Below are positions 62,157 to 64,000 of a DNA stretch of 64,000 bases, one piece after another. The notes under the pieces are model-generated. The model ran no database searches and was not told where the DNA came from. It worked only from the letters and a program-made list of their open reading frames with translations. The position numbers were made by a program, and so were the translations under genes. Position 1 is the stretch's first letter. Each line of letters starts with the position of its first letter. The stretch comes from Marsupella aquatica (taxonomy: Eukaryota; Plantae; Marchantiophyta), in NCBI GenBank assembly GCA_973895155.1, contig OZ316892.1:29208932-29272931 (forward strand). The letters are read 5' to 3'.

Positions 62157-64000
62157 TGCACATACTTCTGGCTTCAAGTAGGAGTCCAGCCAGAGTCCAT
62201 TACTCTGAAATAATAAGATAGATAAGAACAGCGCGGGAGGAATGATGACATGAGCTCTAGTGAACCATGAATCACGTACATGTCCAAATTTGGACAAGCC
62301 CACTTGTTCTGCGTGTTTGTTTGTGGGTCAAACACATCGATGAGGTGCTCTGTTGAGTACTCATATTCCAAATGTTTCAAGTAATTGTGGGTCAGCAGAT
62401 TCATCGTTGAGTACTCATCTTTATTAAGATTTTTTCGTGATGGTGAGGCAGTAAGAGGCTCAGCTGAGAACTTGTCTTTCTTATGTTTGTCGCTTTCGTT
62501 GTCAATAGTACGTCATCTTCACAATGTTAGCCGTGTTTGTAAACCAGTCAGAGGCTCAGCTGAGGACTATTCCATATTTACCATTTTTGCGGGTCAGTCT
62601 GGCCCTACTGATGAGTACTACAAGCCTTCCAAATTTGTACCATGTTTGCGGGTTAGAGCCCTCAGTTGATGACTACAGTCCTGTACTTATCTTCCAAATT
62701 TTACCGCATTTGTGGGTCAGTCAGACGATGAGCTGACAACTCATGTTTACCGTGTTGGTGAGTCAGCAGGGGGTCGGCAAAATGCATCACCATTCTCATC
62801 TTCCAGATATTTACTGTGTTATCTCTCTTGCCCCTTCCTGACTCAACCATGGCTAGCAATGAACCCACTCATGTATCTTCCAAAGTCTAGGGCCCGTCAG
62901 GTGGTGGTATTGAAAGAAGGTCACCTTCCCTACCTTTTCATTCTCTTCTACTTTTCAAAAATGTTGCCTCCTCTTTTCCCCTGATTATTAGAGCTATACT
63001 ACAAAACCAGATGACACCATCGGAATTTTGATTCAAATTTGAAAACGTGAGTTGCTGTTTGAGATGGACATCAAGTACATAGTAGGTGTTCAATTACTGG
63101 GTGAGTTGCTGTTTGAGATGGACATCAAGTAGTAGGTGTTCAATTACTGGGTGAAACTATGTTGTGTCCTAAGTCACACAGAGTTCAAACTTAGCTCGTT
63201 GAAGGAAATAACTCACCAGGCATTTTTTGGTTAAGCAAGTTTTGGGCAGCTTTTGTAGTTACTGGTTTGTAGCCTGTGATGAGAGTGGTTAGGAGAGGTC
63301 ACCCGGCCTGTCTATCATCCTCTCCATTTCCATACAAAGTCTCTCTTATCTAGGAGAATTTATGCGAATGTATTTCACATAGAAGCTACCCTCCCTTTTT
63401 CCCTGATTATTTTCCAGGGGAACTTAGCGAGGGAATCCTGGGAAGGATAATGAAACAATCTGTAGGCCTGGGAAGAATAATCAACTTCAGTTTTGTCAAC
63501 TCTAGAATGGAAAGGAACGAAATCATATGACAGAATCGAGCAACGACTGTACAAGACGAACAGTGTCAGGGTACCAATCAAGGAAACACCAACGGAAACC
63601 AAGAGAGATGTTAGAGATGGATTGAAAGGTTAGAGGACATGTCAAGACATGTCAAAATGCGTCCCCAATATGTGTGGGCAAAGGCACAGAGGGTACAAAG
63701 TGGCAATACTAGAGCGAAAGCAATATTATATGAGAAATAAGGATGGGGTCACATCTGACCCTGGAGTGCAAGAAAAAAAAGTTACTTCATGTGACACGGG
63801 TAACGTGTCACTTAACCGAATGCAGGTCATAGATTAGGTCTTATATGGTCATTAGGACCGTAGCCGTAGCGTAGAATAGCACGAATAGTCGTCTTTTGCC
63901 ATTATGAATAGATTAGGAGTAGGTTAGTTGACTGAATGATTACGAATAAAGGAAGAGGATTATTACGCTCGACCGAGGTACGGTGGCGGCGGTGGAGTAA

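Noticed and set aside
62290-62770. Degenerate GTGGGTCAG...TGAGTAC repeats, possibly retroelement-derived
   Set aside because: Boundaries and class could not be determined from the sequence.
63609-64000. Possible LTR start (TGTTAG...) running off the window
   Set aside because: The other end, TSD and PBS are not visible.

Overview
Eukaryotic nuclear DNA with GT-AG introns and many transposon remnants, most consistent with a land plant and possibly a bryophyte or lycophyte (inference). Genes: two intact 4-exon paralogous amino-acid permeases of the APC superfamily (ACT/BAT1-GABP type; 10206-13765 and 32379-36020, +) and a third decayed exon-4 fragment made by a local tandem duplication. There is also an unrecognised 198-aa ORF (45688-46284), a multiply disabled SAM-methyltransferase pseudogene (50639-53215, -) and an intact 2-exon GH31 glycosidase of microbial (Aec37-like) type (53740-56455, -). 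Intergenic DNA holds Helitron ends with a PIF1-helicase remnant, nested TIR elements, an L1 fragment, two related solo LTRs, satellites and a long foldback upstream of permease 2. The most striking feature is at 58149-58849: a non-coding, three-LTR tandem miniature LTR retroelement with a 5-bp TSD, an iMet PBS, a PPT and 59-bp internal regions. Its LTRs are built around tRNA-derived Pol III promoter modules (five copies), making it a tRNA analogue of the 5S-carrying Cassandra elements. All calls were made by eye with no database searches.
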